Positions 1 to 7,484 of a stretch of 64,000 bases of DNA are shown one piece after another. Source of the stretch: an uncultured bacterium (GTDB taxonomy: Bacteria > Cyanobacteriota > Vampirovibrionia > Gastranaerophilales > Gastranaerophilaceae); NCBI GenBank assembly GCA_903868125.1, contig CAIPUE010000023.1:19977-83976 (forward strand). Direction: 5' to 3'. The notes under the pieces are model-generated. The model worked only from the letters and a program-made list of their open reading frames with translations, did no database searches and was not told the origin of the DNA. The stretch's first letter is position 1, and every line of letters starts with the position of its first letter. The position numbers and the translations under genes are program-made.

Positions 1-303
1 AGTCTGAAAAATTTAACATTATATCTTGAAACTAAGCTTGGAACTTTTAGATATTCTAGACCAAGCGATGGAAGATCAGGAAAACTTGGTGAAAAAATAG
101 CTTCTGTTTCAATCAAGCATCCGCCCATAAGTTTTGAAATTCAAGTTTCAGACGGAAAAGTTCTGAAGATAGACAAATCTTTCTTTGTAAGTAAAAAAAG
201 AGCCTTAAAAAAATTGGATAAACTTTTGAATTATTTAATAAAACATGTTGACAAGCCTAAGAAAGTTAAACAAATCAAAGCGGATTTGAGTGAAAGTTGG
301 TAA
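1..303 (+). CDS. hypothetical protein, C-terminal fragment (5' end outside window); tandem paralog of 337..816
   Basis: Frame 1 is open from the window edge to TAA at 301-303. The last ~60 aa align with the 337..816 product (K[HY]PP, G[KR].[LT]K[IV], F[VM]S[KR].R.L.[KR]..K.L.Y, [KN]P.KV[KQ]). Confidence 0.5.
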   Translation, partial: SLKNLTLYLETKLGTFRYSRPSDGRSGKLGEKIASVSIKHPPISFEIQVSDGKVLKIDKSFFVSKKRALKKLDKLLNYLIKHVDKPKKVKQIKADLSESW

Positions 304-336
304 AAATCCACAGTTAACGAACACAAGGAGGAATTA

Positions 337-816
337 ATGATAACAGCAATTAATAATTACAGTAGCGTGAATTTTCAAGGTAGACAAGATTATCCGAGAA
401 AATATTTGTCTGAGCCTGCAAAGCAGGTAATGGACATCTTATTAGAAAGAATGGCTCCTGAAGTAACAGTTTCGCCTAATGGTTTGACGTTTTCAGGTAA
501 ATTTTTAACAATGCTTAAGGGGAAATTTGGACAAAAGTTTGAACAACCGCTAAGTGGTTCAAGGGGCGGAACCATTTCGGGGAAATATCCTCCTTTTCAA
601 GTAGAGGTTGATAAAACAGGCAGAATAACAAAGGTAGGGGGACCTTCTTTGTTTGGTTTTAAATTTATGAGTCGAGAACGGATTTTACAAAGAGCAGAAA
701 AAGTTTTAGGATATTTTAGCTCTAATTTTGATAATCCTACAAAAGTTCAAAAAAATAAATTTTACTTGCAAGGATTTACTAAAAAAGGTTGGGAAATTGT
801 CTCTCGTTCCAATTAA
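337..816 (+). CDS. hypothetical protein (small-protein family shared with 1..303 and possibly 13390..13812)
   Basis: 159-aa ORF with ATG preceded by AAGGAGG (325-331). Paralogous to the upstream fragment. I recognise no domain. Confidence 0.6.
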   Translation: MITAINNYSSVNFQGRQDYPRKYLSEPAKQVMDILLERMAPEVTVSPNGLTFSGKFLTMLKGKFGQKFEQPLSGSRGGTISGKYPPFQVEVDKTGRITKVGGPSLFGFKFMSRERILQRAEKVLGYFSSNFDNPTKVQKNKFYLQGFTKKGWEIVSRSN

Positions 817-817
817 T

Positions 818-1069
818 TTATTCTTCTTCTCTTGAAATCAAATCTTCATCTTTCATCGCGAGTTCAAGTAGGGCGTAGGTCATATATGCCCCAAGCGCAA
901 CAGCTTTCGGGTCTAAGTCTGTATTGTTTGCAGCCTCAATAATCGCCGTGTTAATTTCGGGGTTTTCTTCTTTGATATAATGTATCATCTTTTTGCGCCA
1001 TGCGTGAACATCTTGAAAAATTTCTGCAAACGCCAAAGACGAATGTTCTTCTGTAATTATTGGTAACAC
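818..1069 (-). CDS. hypothetical small acidic protein
   Basis: 83-aa ORF. GTG start is preceded by GGAGG (reverse complement of 1074-1078). No recognisable domain. Confidence 0.45.
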   Translation of the reverse strand: MLPIITEEHSSLAFAEIFQDVHAWRKKMIHYIKEENPEINTAIIEAANNTDLDPKAVALGAYMTYALLELAMKDEDLISREEE

Positions 1070-1111
1070 GTTGCCTCCGTTGGGTTGTTTTTGGTTGAAC
1101 AGTTGAAACGA

Positions 1112-1142
1112 AGTAAATGGTAAACAGTAAACGGTAAACGGT
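1112..1142 (+). repeat. heptanucleotide tandem array (AGTAAAT GGTAAAC AGTAAAC GGTAAAC)
   Basis: Read directly from the sequence. Part of composite repeat A (about 1085-1262), between divergent genes. Confidence 0.9.
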
Positions 1143-1176
1143 TTTGTAATTCTTGTTTACTTTTTACTTTTCGGGC

Positions 1177-1224
1177 TTATTGTCGGTGCAGTTAAATCCG
1201 CACCCTACCGTTCACCGTTTACCC
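1177..1224 (-). repeat. GTAG-headed hairpin (REP-like) followed by an inverted heptamer array
   Basis: The reverse complement reads GGTAAACGGTGAACGG-TAGGGTGCGGATTTAACTGCACCGACAATAA. It has the same flanks as the hairpins at 8939-8971 and 19279-19311. Confidence 0.8.
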
Positions 1225-1343
1225 CAAAATCCATACCTCCATACCTCTTGTTTACTCTTTACTCGCTCGTATATCATCTTGTATATTCAAGATTATATAT
1301 CACACCAATGAATTGAGCCAATTTGTTAAGTTTTTTGAAGTTT

Positions 1344-1435
1344 GAGGCTGTGGAAAAATTGGAAATTTTTCTTACGCCTCCTCAGTCCAGTAAAAGCCAA
1401 CCCGCCATGTTACCAAGGCCGTGCTTGGCTTTTAC
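1344..1435 (+). repeat. tandem-hairpin element, copy 1
   Basis: GAGGC..GGAAAAATTGGAAATTTTTCT..GCCTC, followed by an 11-bp perfect stem GTAAAGCCAA-type (GTAAAAGCCAA/TTGGCTTTTAC, 1390-1400/1425-1435). The head is homologous to 7009-7054. Confidence 0.75.
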
Positions 1436-1445
1436 CTCCTTCGCC

Positions 1446-1558
1446 GAGGACACGGAAAATTCTCTCACTCACTTTGTTCCGCCGACAGGCTCACAAGGCT
1501 CGTACCTTGCCTGTTCGCTTTGTCAAAATTGTATATTTTGGAATTATTCCGTGTCCTC
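1446..1558 (+). repeat. 113-bp interspersed repeat, copy A (perfect 12-bp terminal inverted repeat)
   Basis: GAGGACACGGAA (1446-1457) / TTCCGTGTCCTC (1547-1558). The interior is about 90% identical to 22449-22548, and the first 45 nt from ATTCTCTCACTC are identical. Confidence 0.9.
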
Positions 1559-1595
1559 GTTAAACGAATCTTTACATTTGGACTTTTTTAAAAAA

Positions 1596-1958
1596 ATGGT
1601 GTTAAATATTACTATGACTGATGAAATTAATAAAAAAGTTATAAGTATTTTTTCTAAGCATAAAAACTCCCAGCCTATGGAAAACGAAGACAGAGTAAAA
1701 TTCTTTGCGGGGTTTAATTATGTTAAAATTAATAAGGACAATAATGGTAAAAAATTTAACATAGAGCAATTGGAAAAATACGCACAAGGGTGTCATTATA
1801 TTGTCAGAGTTATGAGAAACATCAATAATGAAATTATTTTATACAACTACGATGTGCCCAATAATCAGTTATTTAGGTTCATTAAGGCGTTTGAAAACAA
1901 TACACTAAATGGCGTAATTATTGAGATAGATAAATACTTTCCCGAAGATTTGGCCTAA
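1596..1958 (+). CDS. hypothetical protein
   Basis: The track ORF 1323..1958 is trimmed to the in-frame ATG at 1596, because 1344-1558 is occupied by repeat elements that also occur in non-coding DNA elsewhere. Confidence 0.5.
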   Translation: MVLNITMTDEINKKVISIFSKHKNSQPMENEDRVKFFAGFNYVKINKDNNGKKFNIEQLEKYAQGCHYIVRVMRNINNEIILYNYDVPNNQLFRFIKAFENNTLNGVIIEIDKYFPEDLA

Positions 1959-1971
1959 AATTAATATAAAT

Positions 1972-4900
1972 ATGAAAAATTTTTTTGAAGAATATCACGA
2001 ACTTTTATACAACTGCAATAAACCTTATCAATATGTTGGCGGTGAGTTTTTGTCACGCAATAAAAAATTTGAAGCCGCAAAAGTTACCTTTGCATTCGCT
2101 TTTCCCGACAAGTACGAAATTGGGATAAGTAATCTTGGGCAAAGGGTTCTATATGGAATTGTTAACGATCATCCGGATTTTATGGCGGACAGAATTTATG
2201 CTCCAGAGGCGGATTTTAAAAAGAATTTAATAGAAACAGGAAAAGAGTTTTACTCGCTTGAAAGCAAAACTCCGTTGAAAAACTTTGACTTAATAGGGTT
2301 TTCGCTTCAATATGAAATGTCTTATCCGACTGTACTTGCGATGATGGAGATGGCAAAATTTCCTCATAAATCGAGCGAACGAGGTGAAAACGACCCGATA
2401 ATTCTTGCGGGAGGACCTTGTGTTTATAACCCTTTACCACTTGCAGATTTTATTGATGCTTTTTTAATCGGCGATGGTGAGGAGGTTGTTTTAGAGGTTT
2501 GCGAAGCGATAAAATTTGCCAAGGATAAGGGGCTTTCACGTGAAGAAAAAATCCGAAAAATATCGCAAATAGAGGGCGTTTTCGTACCCGCAATTTCAAC
2601 AAACAAAGTTAAAAAACGACTTGTGCAAATCGGGTACGAAAACGCCCTCAAAGCTTATCCAATACCTTTTTGCTCCTCTGTGCATGACAGGGCGATTGTG
2701 GAAATTCGACGCGGTTGTGGAAGAATGTGCAGGTTTTGTCAGCCGGGGCACGTGAATTTGCCGGTGAGAGAAAGAAGCGCAGAAGATATAATAAAAATTG
2801 CAAAAGAATTAGTCAAAAACACAGGATATGACGAATATTCATTGCTTTCTTTGTCGTCAAACGAATATTCAAATATTAAAGAAGTGATTAAAGAACTTGC
2901 CATTGATTTTGACGATAAAAGAGTTTCCGTTTCACTTCCGAGCCAAAGAATTGACGGTTTTAACCTTGAGCTGGCTAATTTGGTTCAAAGTGTTCGAAAA
3001 TCCACCATGACACTTGCTCCTGAGGCAGGAAGTCAAAGGCTTAGAGATGTTATTAGAAAAAATATAACGGAATCACAGATTTTAGATGCCGTTTTAACAT
3101 TATACGAAAACGGCTGGTCGAAGATTAAATTTTATTTTATCATCGGGCTTCCGACAGAAACGCTCGCCGATGTTGATGAGATGGTCAATTTACTTGAAGA
3201 AATCAAGTATCGGACAAAAACTCTCAAACGCGAAAAAGGGTTAAAACACGGGTTGGATTTGACATGTACACTTTCGATTTTTGTGCCGAAGCCGTTTACG
3301 CCTTTTCAATGGTTTGGGCAGTCGGATTTAAGTGAAGTGACGGAAAGAATTCATTATTTAAAAGATAAGACGAAGCATATAAAAGGGCTTAAAATAAATT
3401 ACCATGAGCAATCAGTATCACAACTCGAGGCGGTTTTGACCCGTGGGGGCACTGAACTTTGTAATTATATCGAAAAACTTTGGCAAAAGGGATGTTATTT
3501 GGATGCTTGGGGGGAACATTTTGACAGGCATGTTTGGCGAGAAACTGCCGAGGAATTGGGAATTTCACTGAAGGACTTGGCGGAAAAAGAGTATTCAACG
3601 GAAGAAAATTTGCCATGGGATTTTATTGATATCGGGGTTGAGAAAGATTGGCTGATTTCTGAATATAAAAGCGCACTTGGAAATATAACAAAACCGTCCT
3701 GCGAAACAGGGTGCGTACAATGCGGCGTTTGCTCGAATTTTAATACGCACAAGGTCTTGGATAAGCCGTATTTGAATAAAAAGGAAAAAGAGAAAAGGGA
3801 AACTGAGGTAGAAAGCCGTTTACCGTTTACCGTTAACCGTTTACCCAACAAATATCGTATTAAATTAACAAAAACAGGCATTCTGCGTTATTTTTCTCAT
3901 CTTGATTGGCAAAATACTTTTCATAAAGCAATAGCTAGAAGCGGTCTGAACGTTGTGTTTTCGCAAGGATTTAATCCCTCGATGAAGGTATCTTTGGGCG
4001 TTGCTCTTCCGCTTTTTGTCGAGAGCGAATGTGAGCTTGTGGATATAGAAATTTATAACGAGCCGATAATCTCCTTGACGGGGAAAGAGCTAGGAGAGTT
4101 CGAAAACGAAGCGGATTTGCGAAAAGCCGCGATTGCCTATTACAAAAAAAATATTCAGGGGATAACAGTTGAACATCCTGTTTTAGGTGGAATTCAGTTT
4201 ACAGGTAGCGGGCTTGCTAAAACTAAAGATGCCAGTGCGGATATTTGTAAATTGCAAATAATATCAAAATTGCTTGAATTGGTTCAAACTGGACTATACG
4301 AAGGTTCATTACCACCGTACAAATCAAATAGTAAATTTAAAAAATATCATTATTTAACAAATAAAATTTTTATTGGTGGGGAAATATTTAAACATAGAAT
4401 AACGATAGGCGAAGATACAAATGGGAATAAATATTACAATATAAATGACATAAAATATAGCCCATCGACATTGACCGGCGTACAACCACCGGGTACCGAT
4501 GAGCTAAAAAAAGGTTCAGAAACTTTTACCAGGTTACAAAACTTGGATGCTAATGAACCTAATAATATTATACAACATTCGAACCCTAATTTCAACCCCT
4601 CCGACGAAAGCGAAATAACCTCGCTCCAACTAAAGTTGGAAAAAATTCTTCCTGAGGGTTGCGAAATAATAAGTATTGTAAAACTCGATAAATCTGCCAA
4701 AGCTATTGATAATACAGTGCAATGGGCTGAATACCAAATTAAGCTTTTTGATGAGACTATTCAAAATTTTGAAAGTTTGCGCTATAATATGGAAAGAGTT
4801 TTGTCTTCTGAAGAAATTTTACTGACGAAGAAAAACAAAAAAGGATTTTTAAAAAGCATAAACATAAAACCCGCCATCAAATCATATAGATTTGGAGGTA

Positions 4901-5058
4901 AAAGTGAGGGAAATTGTTTATTCATAATTTTAAAAACAGGTCAGGGTGGTGACATCCCTGCACTGAGAGCCGATGATTTAATGAAAATCGTCTCGCCTGA
5001 TATTTTATTTGATATTAAACGAATGAAGTTTTTTGATGAAAATATCAATGAAATATGA
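1972..5058 (+). CDS. B12-binding-domain radical SAM protein (TIGR03960-like) fused to a DUF2344/TIGR03936-like radical-SAM-linked domain
   Basis: 1028 aa. Cys triad CGRMCRFC (C-x3-C-x2-C, aa 249-256). The C-terminal KYRIKLTKTGILRYFSHLDW..SQGFNP matches DUF2344. The gene lies directly upstream of RNase E/G, the usual neighbourhood for this family. Confidence 0.85.
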   Translation: MKNFFEEYHELLYNCNKPYQYVGGEFLSRNKKFEAAKVTFAFAFPDKYEIGISNLGQRVLYGIVNDHPDFMADRIYAPEADFKKNLIETGKEFYSLESKTPLKNFDLIGFSLQYEMSYPTVLAMMEMAKFPHKSSERGENDPIILAGGPCVYNPLPLADFIDAFLIGDGEEVVLEVCEAIKFAKDKGLSREEKIRKISQIEGVFVPAISTNKVKKRLVQIGYENALKAYPIPFCSSVHDRAIVEIRRGCGRMCRFCQPGHVNLPVRERSAEDIIKIAKELVKNTGYDEYSLLSLSSNEYSNIKEVIKELAIDFDDKRVSVSLPSQRIDGFNLELANLVQSVRKSTMTLAPEAGSQRLRDVIRKNITESQILDAVLTLYENGWSKIKFYFIIGLPTETLADVDEMVNLLEEIKYRTKTLKREKGLKHGLDLTCTLSIFVPKPFTPFQWFGQSDLSEVTERIHYLKDKTKHIKGLKINYHEQSVSQLEAVLTRGGTELCNYIEKLWQKGCYLDAWGEHFDRHVWRETAEELGISLKDLAEKEYSTEENLPWDFIDIGVEKDWLISEYKSALGNITKPSCETGCVQCGVCSNFNTHKVLDKPYLNKKEKEKRETEVESRLPFTVNRLPNKYRIKLTKTGILRYFSHLDWQNTFHKAIARSGLNVVFSQGFNPSMKVSLGVALPLFVESECELVDIEIYNEPIISLTGKELGEFENEADLRKAAIAYYKKNIQGITVEHPVLGGIQFTGSGLAKTKDASADICKLQIISKLLELVQTGLYEGSLPPYKSNSKFKKYHYLTNKIFIGGEIFKHRITIGEDTNGNKYYNINDIKYSPSTLTGVQPPGTDELKKGSETFTRLQNLDANEPNNIIQHSNPNFNPSDESEITSLQLKLEKILPEGCEIISIVKLDKSAKAIDNTVQWAEYQIKLFDETIQNFESLRYNMERVLSSEEILLTKKNKKGFLKSINIKPAIKSYRFGGKSEGNCLFIILKTGQGGDIPALRADDLMKIVSPDILFDIKRMKFFDENINEI
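3816..3846 (-). repeat. inverted heptamer array inside a CDS (translated as RLPFTVNRLP)
   Basis: CCGTTTACCGTTTACCGTTAACCGTTTACCC within 1972..5058. Confidence 0.9.
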
Positions 5059-5167
5059 TTTTAAAAAGAGTTTGAAGACATTTGCAAGTTAAAATACTTG
5101 CGAGAAAGCGCGAGCGTACAGAGGCTAAGAGCCGTTTAATGCAAGCGAGAAAGAAAAAAGGATTTTT

Positions 5168-7000
5168 ATGGAAAAAACAGGAAAAAAGATTATTATCGCA
5201 GAACGCGATAATATTGCTGCGATTATGGAAGGAAAAAAAGTCTCGGAATTTTTTGTTCACAGAGGTGACATTTTATTGGGCGATATTTATTTAGCGAAAG
5301 TCGAAAATATTCTACCAAGTATCGAAGCGGCATTTGTTGACGTTGGGGTCGATAAAATGGGGTTTTTACACGCACAAGATGTTGTCGGAAAAGGTGCGCT
5401 TAAAGATAAGCTTTCACCAAAACAAAAATTAGTGGTTCAGGTTGTGAAAGAACCGACAGGACACAAAGGGCCGAGAGTTACAACAGAAATAAGTCTGCCG
5501 GGAAGATTTTTGGTACTTATCCCGAACGAAACGGGGATTAACGTAAGCAGAAAAATAGATAGCGTTAAGGAAAAAGCCCGTTTAAAATCAATTGTAAACT
5601 TGCTAAAACCTGTAGGCGTAGGGGTTATTGTAAGAACCGAAGCTGCAGGTCAATCAGAGGCGGATATTCAGGAAGATTTGGAAGTATTGTTGGAAAAATG
5701 GAATAATATTGTAACTTCTGCTGATAGTTTAACCGCTCCGGCTTTGATTTCCAGAGATCAGGATCTTTTATACAGGGTCTTGAGAGAAGCTTGTACCGAC
5801 GATATTTCAGAAATTGTTGTCGACACCGTTTTCGCTATGAACAGAGTCCAACAGTTGCTTCAAAACTGGCATATGAGCCGAAATATTGAGGTTTCTTTGT
5901 ATAAGGGTACAGAACCGCTTTTGATTGCAACAGATGTTTATAAAGAAATTAAAACAGCACTTCAAACAAAGGTTAATTTACCTTCAGGCGGTTATTTGTA
6001 CATTCAAACAACCGAAGCCCTCAGCGTAATTGACGTGAACAGCGGTAAATTTACAAGCTCCGCAACTCAGGATGAAACTATTTTAAGAACGAATAAAGAA
6101 GCTATACACGAAATAGCAAGACAGTTACGTCTAAGAAATATTGGCGGGATGATTATCGTCGATTTTATTGATATGACTTCGCGCGTTGATAAATTAACAA
6201 TTTTGGAAGAATTTGAACTTGCGCTTGAACCTGATAAATCAAAACCTCAAATCGGGCAACTTTCTGATTTGGGACTTGTAGAGCTTACAAGGCACAGACA
6301 GGGGCAAAGTTTGTCTGAACTTTTTACAAAAAAATGTCCTCATTGTCAAGGAAACGGCTATGTGATGGAAGATTTTAAATTTGCTTCACCTACCGCAGAA
6401 GGCGAATATCGAGCAAAGGCAGCTAAATTAAAGCTTCCGGTGAGTAATTTCAAGAAAAACACTCCGATTAATAATTTCAAAAAAGAATTTAACACTCAAC
6501 AAAATGAAGCGCAGGGCGAAACTGAAACCGAAATTGTTGGTGAAAATAGTCTGCAATTACAGGAGAATAGAAACCGTAACAATAACAACAGACGAAATAA
6601 ATTCAATCGGAACAAAAACAGAGACAGATTCCCGATAGAAAATCAGGAACAAATAGGGGTTCAACCTGCCGGAGAAAGACCTGTTTTTGAGGGTAGACCA
6701 CAAGCCGTACTTCAACCTTTGGAAGAAAGACCTGTTTTTGAAAGTAGACCACAAGCCGTGGCTCAACCTGTTGAAGTAAAGCCAGCAGTTGAGATAAAGC
6801 CTCAATTTGAACAAAAACCGTTAATTCAATCGCCTCCGATAACGGAAATTAAAACGTCTGAATCAACGCAAATTGTCCAAGAAAATACGACTGAAGAAAA
6901 ACCTAAAAAAGCTATCAGAAGACCAAACAGAAATACTTCAAAGAGAGTTAAAGCAACGAATACTGAGGTGAAGAATGAAGAAGCACCCGACGCTTTATAA
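5168..7000 (+). CDS. rne: ribonuclease E/G family endoribonuclease
   Basis: 610 aa. S1 domain (GDIYLAKVENILPSIEAAFVDVG), catalytic core, Zn-link CPHCQGNGYV. Low-complexity N/R/P/Q-rich C-terminal tail. Confidence 0.9.
   Translation: MEKTGKKIIIAERDNIAAIMEGKKVSEFFVHRGDILLGDIYLAKVENILPSIEAAFVDVGVDKMGFLHAQDVVGKGALKDKLSPKQKLVVQVVKEPTGHKGPRVTTEISLPGRFLVLIPNETGINVSRKIDSVKEKARLKSIVNLLKPVGVGVIVRTEAAGQSEADIQEDLEVLLEKWNNIVTSADSLTAPALISRDQDLLYRVLREACTDDISEIVVDTVFAMNRVQQLLQNWHMSRNIEVSLYKGTEPLLIATDVYKEIKTALQTKVNLPSGGYLYIQTTEALSVIDVNSGKFTSSATQDETILRTNKEAIHEIARQLRLRNIGGMIIVDFIDMTSRVDKLTILEEFELALEPDKSKPQIGQLSDLGLVELTRHRQGQSLSELFTKKCPHCQGNGYVMEDFKFASPTAEGEYRAKAAKLKLPVSNFKKNTPINNFKKEFNTQQNEAQGETETEIVGENSLQLQENRNRNNNNRRNKFNRNKNRDRFPIENQEQIGVQPAGERPVFEGRPQAVLQPLEERPVFESRPQAVAQPVEVKPAVEIKPQFEQKPLIQSPPITEIKTSESTQIVQENTTEEKPKKAIRRPNRNTSKRVKATNTEVKNEEAPDAL
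6674..6775 (+). repeat. 51-bp x2 in-frame tandem repeat in the RNase E/G tail
   Basis: ERPVFEGRPQAVLQPLE / ERPVFESRPQAVAQPVE. The units start at 6674 and 6725. Confidence 0.9.
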
Positions 7001-7008
7001 TTTAATAG

Positions 7009-7102
7009 AGCTTGCGGAAAAATTAGGAATTTTTCTCGCAAGCTCCCTTGTCCGGCTCGCACCCGTACCACCGGCTATCCCGCAGCTGGTACGGGTGCGA
7101 GC
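7009..7102 (+). repeat. tandem-hairpin element, copy 2 (GC-rich 16-bp perfect stem)
   Basis: AGCTTGCGGAAAAATTAGGAATTTTTCTCGCAAGCT, then GCTCGCACCCGTACCA (7055-7070) / TGGTACGGGTGCGAGC (7087-7102). It begins 9 nt after the rne stop. Confidence 0.85.
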
Positions 7103-7118
7103 ACTTCCAAGGTCGGAC

Positions 7119-7463
7119 TTGAAAAATCTCAAAAAACTGTCATTTTTTGGATTTTTCCGCGTCCTCATATTTATTTTGGCAATATTTTTAGCCCTTGTTT
7201 TTACAGGGGTTGAATGTTATGCCGCAGGAGCCGTAGCGAAATCTTTACAAGCAGAAGCTACGCATGGTATTTTTAAGTTTTTTATGGCAATGTTGGGAGT
7301 TTTAATATCATCTTTGGCAATTTTTGCAGGGTTAAAATTTTATAAAAAATTTATGTTGAAAAATAATTCAAAATTTGATAATATTGATTACGACAAAACT
7401 CTTGATAGTCCGCGAGATTTTAAAGAGGTTATTAATTTATTTTTGGATAAAACGGAGAAATAA
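7119..7463 (+). CDS. small membrane protein (two predicted TM helices), hypothetical
   Basis: The track ORF 6975..7463 is trimmed to the in-frame TTG at 7119, because 7009-7102 is a GC-rich tandem-hairpin repeat. The remaining part has two hydrophobic helices. The start is uncertain. Confidence 0.35.
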   Translation: MKNLKKLSFFGFFRVLIFILAIFLALVFTGVECYAAGAVAKSLQAEATHGIFKFFMAMLGVLISSLAIFAGLKFYKKFMLKNNSKFDNIDYDKTLDSPRDFKEVINLFLDKTEK

Positions 7464-7484
7464 TTTTTTTACGAAAGGGTTTTT

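Noticed and set aside
1323-1595. N-terminal extension of track ORF 1323..1958, and the overlapping ORF 1342..1563.
   Set aside because: Both run through the tandem-hairpin element and the 113-bp repeat, which recur in clearly non-coding DNA (7009-7102, 22437-22548). The extension starts at a TTG with no SD. I therefore treat 1344-1558 as non-coding repeats and start the gene at ATG 1596.
3495-3881. Numerous antisense or shadow ORFs of 60-130 aa inside well-supported genes, for example 2216..2440, 3495..3881, 36871..37152, 38592..38969, 41061..41381, 42027..42353, 52478..52870, 60095..60412.
   Set aside because: Each lies entirely within a longer ORF on the opposite strand that has recognisable conserved motifs. 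Their products are low-complexity with no SD. This is typical of shadow ORFs in AT-rich DNA.
4066-4620. Insert in the DUF2344 domain considered as an intein.
   Set aside because: There is no Cys/Ser/Thr at the N-terminal junction, no HN-[CST] at the C-terminal junction, and no LAGLIDADG or HNH motifs. It is treated as a domain insertion instead.
6975-7118. N-terminal 48 codons of track ORF 6975..7463, which overlap the end of rne.
   Set aside because: This stretch is occupied by the GC-rich 16-bp perfect hairpin and its conserved head. The predicted peptide (..LVRLAPVPPAIPQLVRVRALP..) is a translated palindrome. A TTG at 7119 gives a plausible 2-TM protein instead.
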